From a virus: a stretch of DNA of 64,000 nucleotides. The position numbers were made by a program, and so were the translations under genes. Location of the stretch: positions 3,888 to 67,887 of the IMG/VR virus record IMGVR_UViG_3300031772_000024. One strand, written 5' to 3'. The notes beneath the pieces were generated by a model that was not told the DNA's origin, did no database searches, and saw only the letters and a program-made list of their open reading frames with translations. Numbering within the stretch: position 1 is the stretch's first letter; each line of letters opens with the position of its first letter. This document shows, one piece after another, positions 8,959 through 18,735 of this stretch.

Positions 8959-9453
8959 ATGTCGTGCGCATGCTGTCTCGATCCGTGTGCGTGCAACGCG
9001 GTATCCTCGGAGTTCCCGAAGAAGGTCATTGCGGACTACTTCATGTACGTCGGCACGACGGGCATTGTGTTCGTCACGGGGCTTCCGGCGACGCAGTTCG
9101 CCAACCTCGTCAATGTCTTCGACCCCACCCACGAGCGAATAGCCCAGTGGCATGCTGCGTCCGATCTCGCGGACATGGGGATCATCGACGGGCAGACCTT
9201 CCGCTTCATGCGGGAGGCCATTCCGTGGTCTGTCGCAGAGACTGCGGCCTTCATTGGCGTACCGGACAGCACGGTGAACCTGTGGGAGTCGAACGTCCAG
9301 ACCATCTCTAGGGATATCTGGATTGCGATGGCGCAGCAGGTTCGGGAGCGCGCGCAGGATTACGGACCCTCGGGTCCCCTTGCGTTCAACCCACCTGATC
9401 TGCGCCCGCGCACCATACGGATCTTCACGCCGGTCTCAGGCTACCCGTACTGA
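8959..9453 (+). CDS. XRE/MqsA-like helix-turn-helix protein
   Basis: GQTFRFMRE..WSVAETAAFIGV...TVNLWES pattern; GGAGGAGG SD. Confidence 0.65.
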   Translation: MSCACCLDPCACNAVSSEFPKKVIADYFMYVGTTGIVFVTGLPATQFANLVNVFDPTHERIAQWHAASDLADMGIIDGQTFRFMREAIPWSVAETAAFIGVPDSTVNLWESNVQTISRDIWIAMAQQVRERAQDYGPSGPLAFNPPDLRPRTIRIFTPVSGYPY

Positions 9454-10035
9454 AGAGCCGAGCAGGGACAGCGCCTCTTCGTAGCTCTCTTTGATACGGA
9501 TGAAGTCGTGATGGTTGCCGCCGCGATCGGGATGCGCTTCAAGGGCGACCCGACGCCAGGCGGCCTTCAGATCCTTCTCGGTGAAGGGCCACTGGAGCCC
9601 CAAGTCGTCGATGTGCAAGCAGCGGCGAAGCACCTTCCCGAAGAGGATGCGTTCTCTTCGGGTAGGTTGACAGATCATCTCCGCCATGCGGTCGAACCAA
9701 AACCCTTGGTCTTCCAGGATCTCGGCGTAGACCTCCTTGGAGGCATCGTCGAGATCGCTAGGCCCGTCCCCATGAATCTCTTCTTGGAGCGCGTCCCACT
9801 TCTGCTCGGTGGCGGTCCACCAGGCCACTCGTCCGAGAGCGCCCCCAAGGCAGCAAAGACGCATGGCGCCACCCGGCCGCCAGATGGTTTGCTGACGCGG
9901 GGTCCCACTTGCACCGGTCCTCGCCGAGACCACGAAGACGGGGGTGATGCTGACGATCTGCTGCCCTAGGTGTGTGCAGACGAGCGTGGCTTCAGACACG
10001 ACACCGTGCGTCTTTTTCTTCCAGCGCAGATACAT
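9436..10035 (-). CDS. Protein with C-terminal J-domain (DnaJ-like)
   Basis: LKAAWRRVALEAHPDRGG...FIRIKESYEEA (HPD motif). Confidence 0.8.
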   Translation of the reverse strand: MYLRWKKKTHGVVSEATLVCTHLGQQIVSITPVFVVSARTGASGTPRQQTIWRPGGAMRLCCLGGALGRVAWWTATEQKWDALQEEIHGDGPSDLDDASKEVYAEILEDQGFWFDRMAEMICQPTRRERILFGKVLRRCLHIDDLGLQWPFTEKDLKAAWRRVALEAHPDRGGNHHDFIRIKESYEEALSLLGSSVRVA

Positions 10036-10077
10036 CGAACCTCACAACGCTCAAAAACGGGGTGTATCTTGAAAAGG

Positions 10078-10638
10078 GTGGGGCGCCGTATCCCGAATCT
10101 ACTTCATGAGAAGGCACTGGTCCTAGCGCCCGAGGGGCAGCCCTTTATTCTACCCTCGGGGAAGACATCGAATCTCTACGTGGATATGAAGCGGGTGCTC
10201 CTCAACGGGGGTGGACTCTACACGGTGGTTCAACGTCTTCATCACCATCTCCGATCCGTGGAGACGAAGTTCGTAGCGGGCGTAGCGCTCGGGGGCTACC
10301 CGTTGGCGACTGGGGTGTCTCTCTTCTCCTACGCTTTGGCAAAAGAGGCGCACCGCCAAGTCCCCGTCTACGACGTTCTCTACGTTCGGAAGGAGGCGCA
10401 CGGTATGGGGCAGCTTGTAGAGGGCACGTTCGAGCCAGGGGACACGGTCGCGCTCCTCGAAGACGTGGTGACGACGGGGGCGTCAAGCTTGCGGGCGATC
10501 GACGCGCTTCGGGCCGCCGGGCTGGTGGTGGTGCACGTCTTCGCTGTCCTGGACCGGGAAGACGGTGGGGCAGAAGCGTTGGAGGCCGCGGGTGTGCCTT
10601 TCGAGGCCCTGGCGTATATCTCCGATCTTCACCCCTAA
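10078..10638 (+). CDS. pyrE: Orotate phosphoribosyltransferase
   Basis: FILPSGKTSNLYVD, YVRKEAHG, PRPP motif LLEDVVTTGAS, LDRE; start placed 11 nt after GGTGTA. Confidence 0.9.
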   Translation: MGRRIPNLLHEKALVLAPEGQPFILPSGKTSNLYVDMKRVLLNGGGLYTVVQRLHHHLRSVETKFVAGVALGGYPLATGVSLFSYALAKEAHRQVPVYDVLYVRKEAHGMGQLVEGTFEPGDTVALLEDVVTTGASSLRAIDALRAAGLVVVHVFAVLDREDGGAEALEAAGVPFEALAYISDLHP

Positions 10639-10671
10639 GCCCAGCGCTTGTTTCTATCGCCCACACTTGGT

Positions 10672-13600
10672 GTGGACCGCCTTGGGACCAAAGACACGTA
10701 CGAGAGCCAGGAGAGCGAGGCCGAGCGCCTTGTGCGCCCTGCTCCTAAACTGAAGCCCTCGCGTCGTGATAAGCGGCGTGAACTGGTGAAGGAGAAGGAC
10801 GAGGATCTCGACGGCGATGACGGGGACGACAAGGATCTCACCCTCAACAAGAAGTACATTGGGGGGAGCGACACTTCGCGCGTCGTCGCGTACCGCTTCT
10901 TTATCCGCACGGCCAAGGATCGGATCAAGGTCATTCGGAAGGAGGACGGCAAGACCGTCCTCGTGTCCGAGAAGACGCTCAAGGAGAAGCCCTCGGAGTA
11001 CGAGGTCCCCGAAGAGGGGCTCGAAGATGCTCCGCCCGGCGTCGGCCCCCTCGTCGCCGAGAGAGCGCGCAAGCTCCTCCAGAAGGCGGAGAAGGACGAC
11101 CGCATCAAGTCCTACCTCAAGGACATCGCGAACCCTGAGCGCCTAGGGCAGGTCCCAGGGAAGAAGGAACTCCCGAAGCCCGTTGCCGATGTGCTCGGAC
11201 TGAAGTCCTTCGGTGAGGCTCGCGACATCGCCAAGGCGATGGGCGCCGTCCAGGACTGGGACAAGGCGCAAGACAAGGAAAAGGGTAAGGGCAAGGGTAA
11301 GGGCAAGAAGATACCGCGGGACGAAGAGCCCGAGGAGCCTGCGAAGCCGGCAGCAAAGGCTCCCAAGGTCGAGCAGCCTGAGGGAGCGGAAGAGCAGCCC
11401 AAGGCCAAAGCACCCCCTGCAAAGGAGCCCGAGGAGGAGAGCCCGAAGGAGGCCCCCGAGGGCGAGGCGCCGAAGAAGGAGAAGTCCAAGGGTAAAAAGC
11501 CCTCGAAGCCCAAGGTCGACACCGACGAGGTCGATAAGGGCTGGGACTCCGCGGAGGAAGCTGCTCCTCGGACGCAGTTCCTCAACGAGCACGAGGAGGA
11601 TTTCCACGACTTCCTTCGGGCGTTGCCCACGGGGTCAGAGGGCGACGGCGGACAGCCGCTCGTCCTCGACGACCACACGAAGAAGCTCGTCACCTTCGAC
11701 CAGGTGTCGCCCGCGCAGGCGAAGAGGGTTTTCGAGCGCTTCAAGGCGAACATCGACGCACAGACGAACGCCAAGGCGCTGCGGGATGCGCTCCCGAACG
11801 ATCGTCTGCGGCATGATCTCTACAAGGCATTCGTCGAAGGGGACAAGAAGAACCCTTTCTCCAAGGCCATTGCAGAAGCCACCACGAAGACCAGAGACCT
11901 CGGTGAGCAGTTCAACGAAGAGGACGCGCGCATCGACCGCGTCCTCCCCCAACTGAAGGGCAAGCTCCCCAAAGGTATCGAGACGCTGGCACAGCTTCGC
12001 GCGGCGGTGAACGGGGACAAGTCCCTCTTCGAGATGGACAAGGACCGAACGGCTTTACGTGAGGACATTGCCAAGCAGCAGAGCGATGAGGGCGTCAAAG
12101 CTCTCCTTCAGGACTTGTCGAACCCCTCCTCGAACGCAGCGGCGGCGCTCAAGGACAGGAAGCTCGATGATCCGGTCGTATCGAAGGACCCCGAGGGCAA
12201 GGAGATCAATGCCTTCCCGGGCTTAAAGCTCCCCGAGGGCACGACGATCGGCGACGTGGTCGAGGCCGCCAAGAAGCTGCACCCCGAGATCAAGCCGCTA
12301 AAGCGACGCCCCTTCACCAAGAAGGATGTCGCTGCCGAGTACCATCGCATCTTCAGTGTCACACCGTCCTACAAGATGGACCCCGAGACCCTCGCGGCGC
12401 TCGCCTCGTTCGAGGAGCTGCACCCTGATGATATCGGCCCAGCCTACGAAGCCTTCCTGAATGCCAAGAGTGCCAAGGGGACGCTATCGGACGATCTCTC
12501 GGTCGGGTCGAAGTTCTACGAGACGGACCCCGCCAAGGTCCGCCCGCCTGCGAAGTGGGTAGTGAAGGGGAAGGAAGTCCCGTTCGAGAAGCTCTCCCCG
12601 GAGCAACAGTCCCACGCGATGGCGGAGCATCGCGTCCAGACCGTGGCTTTGAGCCATGCAATGCGCGCGCGTGCAAGCACGACCCTGAAGAAGATGGGCG
12701 CGCCGGAGGGGCTCGTGTCCGCCGTCACGCCCAGGTTGTTCGCCAACCCCAAGACGACGGATTGGGACGCGGTGAAGTTGGAGGCGGATACCAGGTTCCG
12801 CACGGCCTTGGAAGAACCCCAAGAGCGGATGCCGGACGTCAAGATGCGGAAGCTCTTGGACACCCTCAAGGATGCACCCGCCGCGAGGCGTCTTGCGGTA
12901 TCGCAGCTTCAAGCGGCCGACTACCAGAAGGCCCTTGCCGATATCGACAAGGAGAGCTTGGACGAGCACACCAGCTCCCCGGACGATATTGCCAAAACAA
13001 TAGCTCGGGTGTGTGAGGACGTACGTGGCAGGTCCAAGGATTACGGACCGGATGCCCTCCAGGATACCCCCATGCTCGTCCGAGGGCGGGTCTTAGAGAA
13101 GCTTGACGCGGTGAACCCGGAGAAGGCAGCGCAGGTCCGGGAAGCCCTCAAAAGCCACCTGGAAGACGACCATTCGCAGGCGATGAAGCAGTACGAGGCG
13201 ATGAAGGCCCAGCACGAGAAGTCGAGCAACCCGTACCGCTCGGCCCCCCTGCCGGACGAGCCGCGCCCGCCTATTGGGTCAGGCAGCACGGCTTCGGGGA
13301 CCACGATGATGAACGAGTTCCGCAAGCGACTTGCAGGCAAATCCTTTTATCCGAAGGGTCGTTCGATGGAGTCCATCAACAAAGCTGCGATCTACCATGG
13401 CGTCGAGCCCTACCCGGCTGGGCATGAGGGCTTCGCCCCCTCTCAGGGGTGGACACAGGCGCAACAGCGCGACCTCGGCGAGAAGGACTTCGAAGGTATC
13501 GTGGCCTCGGCCAAGAAATGGCTGAAGACCCCATTCCTATCGGCCTCCGTCGAAGGGCTGCCTACAAGGGACATTGCTCGGGCAGCCCTCGACCTGGCCC

Positions 13601-14151
13601 TCAAGACGTTCGGGGGAGGGCGCTACGACGCATCACTATCGCCCCCAGCCTACGAGGTTGTCCTGAGCCGTATTGCTGGACGCGCAGGAACCGCAAGTTC
13701 CTCAACTTCTCCTTATGGGAGTACGACGTTCGAGGAGATCGCACACATGAAGGCCGCCACGCAGATCCGTTCCTACGCCGCGAAGATCGCTTCCACGCAT
13801 CCGGAAATCGCCTACGACCTGATCGATCTCTCCACCAAGCTCGCAGCGGAGGAGAAGGACGAGAAGGAGCAGGCGGACAAGAAGGACGACAAGAAGGACG
13901 ACAAGAAGGATGACAAGGGAGGCAAGCCGGCCTTCCCGGGCGCTGCTCCGCCCTTCGGTAAGAAGGATGCTCAGGATCAGGGTCAGCAGGATCAGGGTCA
14001 GCAGGATCAGGGTCAGAAGGGTCAGGAGCAGCAAAAGCAGGCTTCCGCGTACAACACCCTTCGCGCAGCCGTCATCCGCACGGCGGCCACGAACCCGGCT
14101 CTTCGTCAGTATTTCTACCCCGTGCTTCAGGTCATCAAGCAACTCGGGTGA
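10672..14151 (+). CDS. Large charged putative inner-head/virion protein, with probable in-frame internal starts at 13366 and 13747
   Basis: K/E/P-rich; lies directly upstream of the head module; TTTCTAT motif 14 nt upstream; many [KR]xA(A/S) motifs. Confidence 0.7.
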   Translation: MDRLGTKDTYESQESEAERLVRPAPKLKPSRRDKRRELVKEKDEDLDGDDGDDKDLTLNKKYIGGSDTSRVVAYRFFIRTAKDRIKVIRKEDGKTVLVSEKTLKEKPSEYEVPEEGLEDAPPGVGPLVAERARKLLQKAEKDDRIKSYLKDIANPERLGQVPGKKELPKPVADVLGLKSFGEARDIAKAMGAVQDWDKAQDKEKGKGKGKGKKIPRDEEPEEPAKPAAKAPKVEQPEGAEEQPKAKAPPAKEPEEESPKEAPEGEAPKKEKSKGKKPSKPKVDTDEVDKGWDSAEEAAPRTQFLNEHEEDFHDFLRALPTGSEGDGGQPLVLDDHTKKLVTFDQVSPAQAKRVFERFKANIDAQTNAKALRDALPNDRLRHDLYKAFVEGDKKNPFSKAIAEATTKTRDLGEQFNEEDARIDRVLPQLKGKLPKGIETLAQLRAAVNGDKSLFEMDKDRTALREDIAKQQSDEGVKALLQDLSNPSSNAAAALKDRKLDDPVVSKDPEGKEINAFPGLKLPEGTTIGDVVEAAKKLHPEIKPLKRRPFTKKDVAAEYHRIFSVTPSYKMDPETLAALASFEELHPDDIGPAYEAFLNAKSAKGTLSDDLSVGSKFYETDPAKVRPPAKWVVKGKEVPFEKLSPEQQSHAMAEHRVQTVALSHAMRARASTTLKKMGAPEGLVSAVTPRLFANPKTTDWDAVKLEADTRFRTALEEPQERMPDVKMRKLLDTLKDAPAARRLAVSQLQAADYQKALADIDKESLDEHTSSPDDIAKTIARVCEDVRGRSKDYGPDALQDTPMLVRGRVLEKLDAVNPEKAAQVREALKSHLEDDHSQAMKQYEAMKAQHEKSSNPYRSAPLPDEPRPPIGSGSTASGTTMMNEFRKRLAGKSFYPKGRSMESINKAAIYHGVEPYPAGHEGFAPSQGWTQAQQRDLGEKDFEGIVASAKKWLKTPFLSASVEGLPTRDIARAALDLALKTFGGGRYDASLSPPAYEVVLSRIAGRAGTASSSTSPYGSTTFEEIAHMKAATQIRSYAAKIASTHPEIAYDLIDLSTKLAAEEKDEKEQADKKDDKKDDKKDDKGGKPAFPGAAPPFGKKDAQDQGQQDQGQQDQGQKGQEQQKQASAYNTLRAAVIRTAATNPALRQYFYPVLQVIKQLG
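13876..14020 (+). repeat. Coding tandem repeats (12-nt DKKD x3; 15-nt QDQGQ x3)
   Basis: GACAAGAAGGAC and CAGGATCAGGGTCAG units are visible. Confidence 0.75.
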
Positions 14152-14203
14152 GACATACCTGTCTCTGATCCCACAGGCACAACACTAAGCCCAGGAGACG
14201 ACG

Positions 14204-14593
14204 ATGAAGTTCAAGTTTGCGGCCGAAGAGGCCAACCGGACGCTTTCCCGTCTGGACAAGTTGGCGGCGGACATCCAGGCGAACTACAAGGCGTGGGGTA
14301 TGCCTTTCGAGGACGCCCGCAACTTCGTGAACGCCCTCGACAAGACAGCAGACGAGGTCGAAGTCGCGTCCTTCGGCGAGAAGTCGTTCGAAGAGCGCCA
14401 GGCCGAGACCATCACGAAGATGGCGAAGGTCATCGGACGTGACGCCGACGAGTCGTACATGGATACGTTCAACTCGCCCACCAGGCCGTTGCAGACGGAC
14501 GGAGACGAGCCGTACATGAAGGCTTACGCCGACGATCAGTCCATGGCCGTTCAGTCGGGCAAGTCCACGACGGGCCGTCCTCTCGCTCCCTGA
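14204..14593 (+). CDS. Putative head/prohead core protein
   Basis: AGGAG SD; internal repeat DADESYMDTF / DGDEPYMKAY; head-module position. Confidence 0.65.
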   Translation: MKFKFAAEEANRTLSRLDKLAADIQANYKAWGMPFEDARNFVNALDKTADEVEVASFGEKSFEERQAETITKMAKVIGRDADESYMDTFNSPTRPLQTDGDEPYMKAYADDQSMAVQSGKSTTGRPLAP

Positions 14594-14598
14594 ACTGT

Positions 14599-14623
14599 CC
14601 TCTCAACTGTTCTTGTTGAGAGG
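14599..14623. terminator. Perfect 9-bp hairpin between head genes
   Basis: CCTCTCAAC-TGTTCTT-GTTGAGAGG; no strong U-tract. Confidence 0.45.
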
Positions 14624-14649
14624 TACCCCCGCTCGACAGTGGAGGTAAC

Positions 14650-15366
14650 GTGGGGACCGACTATCAGGCGTTGGCGAGGGACTTCAAGATCGGAGACGTT
14701 GTCCACAGGGCGTTCCCCACGTGGGTCGCAATGTCTCCGTTCGTAGGCCGTATCACGTCAGTGTTCCCAGGCATTGGGTGCTGTGACGTGCAGTGGCCCT
14801 ACGGAAACGAGCGCGTCCCGGTGGATGAGATCGTTCGATCAAATCCGGGCTTCCTGCCCTACCTCCCTCCGACACTCGATCAGTCGTTTCAGACGCTCGA
14901 AGTGTTGAAGGCTAGGCAGGCAGCGACTTCGGTTTGGCGCACGACGAGCCTCCCGCAAGGCTTTCATCTCGACATGGCGAGGCTCTGGGCACGGCAGGCG
15001 TCGGAGGTTGCGGCCTACGACGAGCTTTGGCGCCGCTATGCCAACGTCGCAGCGGACGACGCGATTCGTGACGAGGTCGACAAGTTCTACACGGTCGGGC
15101 GCAACCTCCCGATCGTGCTCATCCAGGCTGCCGCCCGGACGAAGTCCGCGGCTTACTGGGTTGCACAGAACCGTCAGTACCGCGCGACGAAGGAAGAGTT
15201 CTCGGCGCGTAAGCCTGGCTGCCCTCGGTGTTCGACCACCATGCGGCGGACGACCTACAAGATGAAGGAAGGCGCGAAGCATCGGCTATTCGGCTGCCCT
15301 CGATGCCTCTTCCTCATCAAAACCAACGACCTGTTGGCCCCTGACGGCGCTGCCGTCGAGTGGTGA
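14650..15366 (+). CDS. Head-module protein with SH3-like N-terminus and C-terminal zinc ribbon
   Basis: FKIGDVV...GRITSV..CDVQWPYG; CPRC...CPRC; GGAGG SD. Confidence 0.7.
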   Translation: MGTDYQALARDFKIGDVVHRAFPTWVAMSPFVGRITSVFPGIGCCDVQWPYGNERVPVDEIVRSNPGFLPYLPPTLDQSFQTLEVLKARQAATSVWRTTSLPQGFHLDMARLWARQASEVAAYDELWRRYANVAADDAIRDEVDKFYTVGRNLPIVLIQAAARTKSAAYWVAQNRQYRATKEEFSARKPGCPRCSTTMRRTTYKMKEGAKHRLFGCPRCLFLIKTNDLLAPDGAAVEW

Positions 15367-15376
15367 GGAGAACGGG

Positions 15377-15583
15377 ATGGCATTCGTAAAGCACGGGGCT
15401 GCTGTGCCCGCGAAGATGGTCGATATGGCATCCCTGATCAACTCGATCGGTCCTGGGTCCCGGGTGAAGCTCGGGGCCAGGGCGGGGACGGTCAGTAGCG
15501 TGTCGGGCACGAAGGCGTCGCTTGTCTTCGATGAGGACCAGGCCGAAGTCGAGGCGTCTCTGTCCTCGCTGACAAGGATCTGA
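15377..15583 (+). CDS. Small SH3/KOW-like protein
   Basis: IGPGSRVKL...GTV; GAGGAG SD; MAFVK start resembles the next gene's MAFLK. Confidence 0.55.
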   Translation: MAFVKHGAAVPAKMVDMASLINSIGPGSRVKLGARAGTVSSVSGTKASLVFDEDQAEVEASLSSLTRI

Positions 15584-15584
15584 G

Positions 15585-18500
15585 ATGGCGTTCCTCAAGT
15601 TCGCAAACGCAAAGGTATCACACTCGGACGTGACGTTCTCCGGGTGGGAGGACTTGCACGCGAAGAGTGGACACAAGTCGAAGCAGGCGTCCTCGAAGGT
15701 TGTATTCAAGGACTACGATCCGAAGGACTACCTCCTCACGCACTGCTCGATCGTCGCCTCTGTCGATACGGAGGACGGCCCCGGCCCTCTAGGCAAGCAC
15801 CTGGTGGATGGCTTCCAGGTCGATCGCCAGTTCTCGGACTACTACGTCACGAGCAACACGATCCCCTGGGTCAACAACAACAACGATGCGTTCGAGCGAA
15901 GGATTCTCCTCGCGACGTACCGCACGTTCGTGGGTTCGTACAACTACGTCGAGCACCTTCAGATCCCGGCCCTCTCGAAGGGCAAGATCATCGACGCAGC
16001 GGCCAGGGACATCGGCGACTCGATCTACGTAGACATCCTGGTCGCTACAGAGCGCAAGCACCGTCCCCTCATCGCGGCCATAACGAGCGGTCAGCTTCAG
16101 ACGCTCAGCATGGGCTGCTCAGTGTCCTATACGACCTGCACCAAGTGCGGCAACGTCGCGCTCGACGAGTCCCAGCTATGCGCGCACATTCGGTACTTCA
16201 AGGGCAGCGAGTTCTACGACGACTTCGGCAAGAAGCGGAAGATCGCCGAGCTTTGCTTCCCGGCGGGTACACGGATAACAAGTGGGGATGGGCGCCCTGT
16301 CGCAATTGACGACCTCCAGATTGGTGACTCTGTATTCACGCACTTAGGTCGCCGCCGGGAGGTTACTGAAAAGTTTGAACGTCACTACGAAGGAGACGTT
16401 GTTACACTCTCGGTCGTTGGCCACCCGTATACGACCTTCAAGTCTACCCCTGGGCATCCTTATTATGTATTGAGCCCTCGTGATACCTGTGCTTGCGGGT
16501 GTGGTGCCTCTCTCACTACAAGGAAGACTTTCTCACACCAAGAGTATCTCCGATCCTATGCCCCTGGGCATAACCCCACGGTTCAGGGCATTCATACGCT
16601 AAAGCCACAGGCTTTCAATTTTAGGGATGCCAAGGATATTAGGGTCGGTGATCAACTTCTCCTGCCCATCCCTACCGAGGTTCGACAACCAGTCGATGTG
16701 GATACGGATCGAGCCTACCTTCTAGGTTGGTTCCTCGCAGAGGGTAGTTTTGAGAAAGTGCAGGGGAAACATACGAAAGTGTGTTTTACCCTCAATGCGG
16801 AAGATGAGAAAGAGGTCGCAACAACAATATCGAACCTTCTTGCCAAGTGCTTCCCCCCTGAGACTCCGCATCGTCGTCTGTCTAGTACCCCTGGTAAGTC
16901 GCTGATCCGTCAAGGCATCGAGTCCCTGACAAATATCACGGATAAGATCCTAAAGGCTTTAGCGGCTGGAGAGGTTCTGTCTTCTGATGTGAGGGGTGCC
17001 ACCAAGGAAACTATCAGCGTTATTCTCAATAGGTACAAGGCTAAGGGTCTGGTCAGTTCTAGGCCCTTGCGTGCAGGAGAGCGTGCTGAGATCCGCGGAC
17101 GTGCCCGTTCGAGGGCTTGTGTCTGGACGTGGGTAGGAAACGAAGCACCTGTATCACTTCTCAGTGATCGACAAGGTAAAGACCATTGGCGGACACACCC
17201 CCTTGCAAACGAAACAGAGATGATGCCTCGCATTTATCTCTACCCTCGTTTGGAAGGTGGTGAGAAACTGACGGTCGTTTACCGGAACGACCGCGCCGCA
17301 GCATGGTTCCTAAACCACGCGGGGGAATACGCTGGGAGCAAGCATCTATCCAGTGACGCAGTCCTATGGCCTAAACCGTTGCAAACCGAGTTACTAAGAG
17401 GCTACTTCCACGGGGACGGTAGTGCTGATAAGTTCGGTCGGCATAGTGTGTCGTCCGTGTCTGACGCGCTCATCACCCAGATGCAGTTGGTTGCGACACG
17501 CTGTGGTTTCTGGACTAGACGCCAGATCATCTTCGAGGGGAAGGCCACCTCCATCGAAGCCATGGTTGCGAATGGTGAACCTCTCGTCGTTGGGTATGAT
17601 GGATGTCGGCCCCGGCATGAACTGCATTTGCAACCTTCGAATGAAGCCACCGAGACATTTGCATTCGAGAAGGCCACTTCTCATGTAAGGGGGCTCGAAC
17701 CTAAGTGGCGTCAACATGACGGTTACCTTCTATACAGGGTAAGTCGTGTTGGCCTCGAACACTTCTCAGGCCCTGTCTACAATATATCTGTCGATGAGGA
17801 CGAGTCCTATCTAGTCAACGGGCTCGCAGTTCATAACTGCGGGCACCACTCGGATCCCGAGAGCGTCAAGTTCATCGAGGCATCGTGGGTTGCCAACCCT
17901 GCCTTCCGTGGCGCCGTCCTGCGAAGCATCCTCTCGCAGGAGGAGACCGAGAAGGTTGCGGGGCTGATCCATTCCGGACTCAATGCCTCCGGCCCTCAGA
18001 TCGATCACACGCTCGTGCAGAAGGCGGCCAGTGCAGCGGCCTTCAGCGTCGCTTCCGCGGAGTGGTCCCGTAAGGGCGAAGGCCAGTTCGACTTCGGCGA
18101 CCTCGGCGGGCAGGGCGGCGGCGGGCAGGGCGGCGGTGACTCCAAGAAGGACGACACCAAGAAGGACGACCCGCTCGAAAAGCTCGTCGGTGATCTCGCG
18201 GACAACATCCGTGAGCGTGCCCTGAAGAAGATCCGCGAGGAGATGGGCAAGGACGAGGCGAAGAAGGTCGACAACCTCGACCTCAACTCTCAGAACGAGA
18301 GCCTCATCAAGTCTGCCATGGCCTACCCGGCTTGGCGTGGGATTGCCCGGTCTGTCCTCAAGATCGCAGGTTCCCCGAAGGCAGCACGTCAGATTCTTCT
18401 TGGCCTCATGCTTCACCGCACCGGTGGTTGGCAGGCCGTGGAGAAGGCAAAACTCTCTGGCCATGAGATCCTGGCCGTATCGAGGATCTTGGATCTTGCC

Positions 18501-18689
18501 ATGCGCAAGACCGCAATGGCCGGTGAGGGTCGTCTCTACAGGACTGTAGTTGCGAGCAGAGGGGTTCGGTCTCATCCCTCGGAAACCAAGTACCTGGATA
18601 CCTGTCGTCAGGCCATGGGAAGGGACATCACGGACCATGAGAAAAGGTTCCTGATCGCAAAGGGACGACTATTCTCGATGGGTTTGTGA
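15585..18689 (+). CDS. Prohead (capsid maturation) serine protease, intein-containing
   Basis: NNNNDAF, YVEH (His), KGKIIDA, LSMGC (Ser), CTKCGN..CAH, EASWVANPAF; position upstream of scaffold and MCP. Confidence 0.8.
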   Translation: MAFLKFANAKVSHSDVTFSGWEDLHAKSGHKSKQASSKVVFKDYDPKDYLLTHCSIVASVDTEDGPGPLGKHLVDGFQVDRQFSDYYVTSNTIPWVNNNNDAFERRILLATYRTFVGSYNYVEHLQIPALSKGKIIDAAARDIGDSIYVDILVATERKHRPLIAAITSGQLQTLSMGCSVSYTTCTKCGNVALDESQLCAHIRYFKGSEFYDDFGKKRKIAELCFPAGTRITSGDGRPVAIDDLQIGDSVFTHLGRRREVTEKFERHYEGDVVTLSVVGHPYTTFKSTPGHPYYVLSPRDTCACGCGASLTTRKTFSHQEYLRSYAPGHNPTVQGIHTLKPQAFNFRDAKDIRVGDQLLLPIPTEVRQPVDVDTDRAYLLGWFLAEGSFEKVQGKHTKVCFTLNAEDEKEVATTISNLLAKCFPPETPHRRLSSTPGKSLIRQGIESLTNITDKILKALAAGEVLSSDVRGATKETISVILNRYKAKGLVSSRPLRAGERAEIRGRARSRACVWTWVGNEAPVSLLSDRQGKDHWRTHPLANETEMMPRIYLYPRLEGGEKLTVVYRNDRAAAWFLNHAGEYAGSKHLSSDAVLWPKPLQTELLRGYFHGDGSADKFGRHSVSSVSDALITQMQLVATRCGFWTRRQIIFEGKATSIEAMVANGEPLVVGYDGCRPRHELHLQPSNEATETFAFEKATSHVRGLEPKWRQHDGYLLYRVSRVGLEHFSGPVYNISVDEDESYLVNGLAVHNCGHHSDPESVKFIEASWVANPAFRGAVLRSILSQEETEKVAGLIHSGLNASGPQIDHTLVQKAASAAAFSVASAEWSRKGEGQFDFGDLGGQGGGGQGGGDSKKDDTKKDDPLEKLVGDLADNIRERALKKIREEMGKDEAKKVDNLDLNSQNESLIKSAMAYPAWRGIARSVLKIAGSPKAARQILLGLMLHRTGGWQAVEKAKLSGHEILAVSRILDLAMRKTAMAGEGRLYRTVVASRGVRSHPSETKYLDTCRQAMGRDITDHEKRFLIAKGRLFSMGL
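16254..17837 (+). mobile_element. Full-size intein with LAGLIDADG endonuclease (528 aa)
   Basis: CFPAGT start, block B STPGHPY, LGWFLAEGS and LRGYFHGDG motifs, VYNISV...AVHN|C end; visibly lower GC than the extein. Confidence 0.92.
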
Positions 18690-18735
18690 CGATTGTTTCT
18701 ATAACGATTCAGATGCGAGGAAAGGACCCCGGAAA

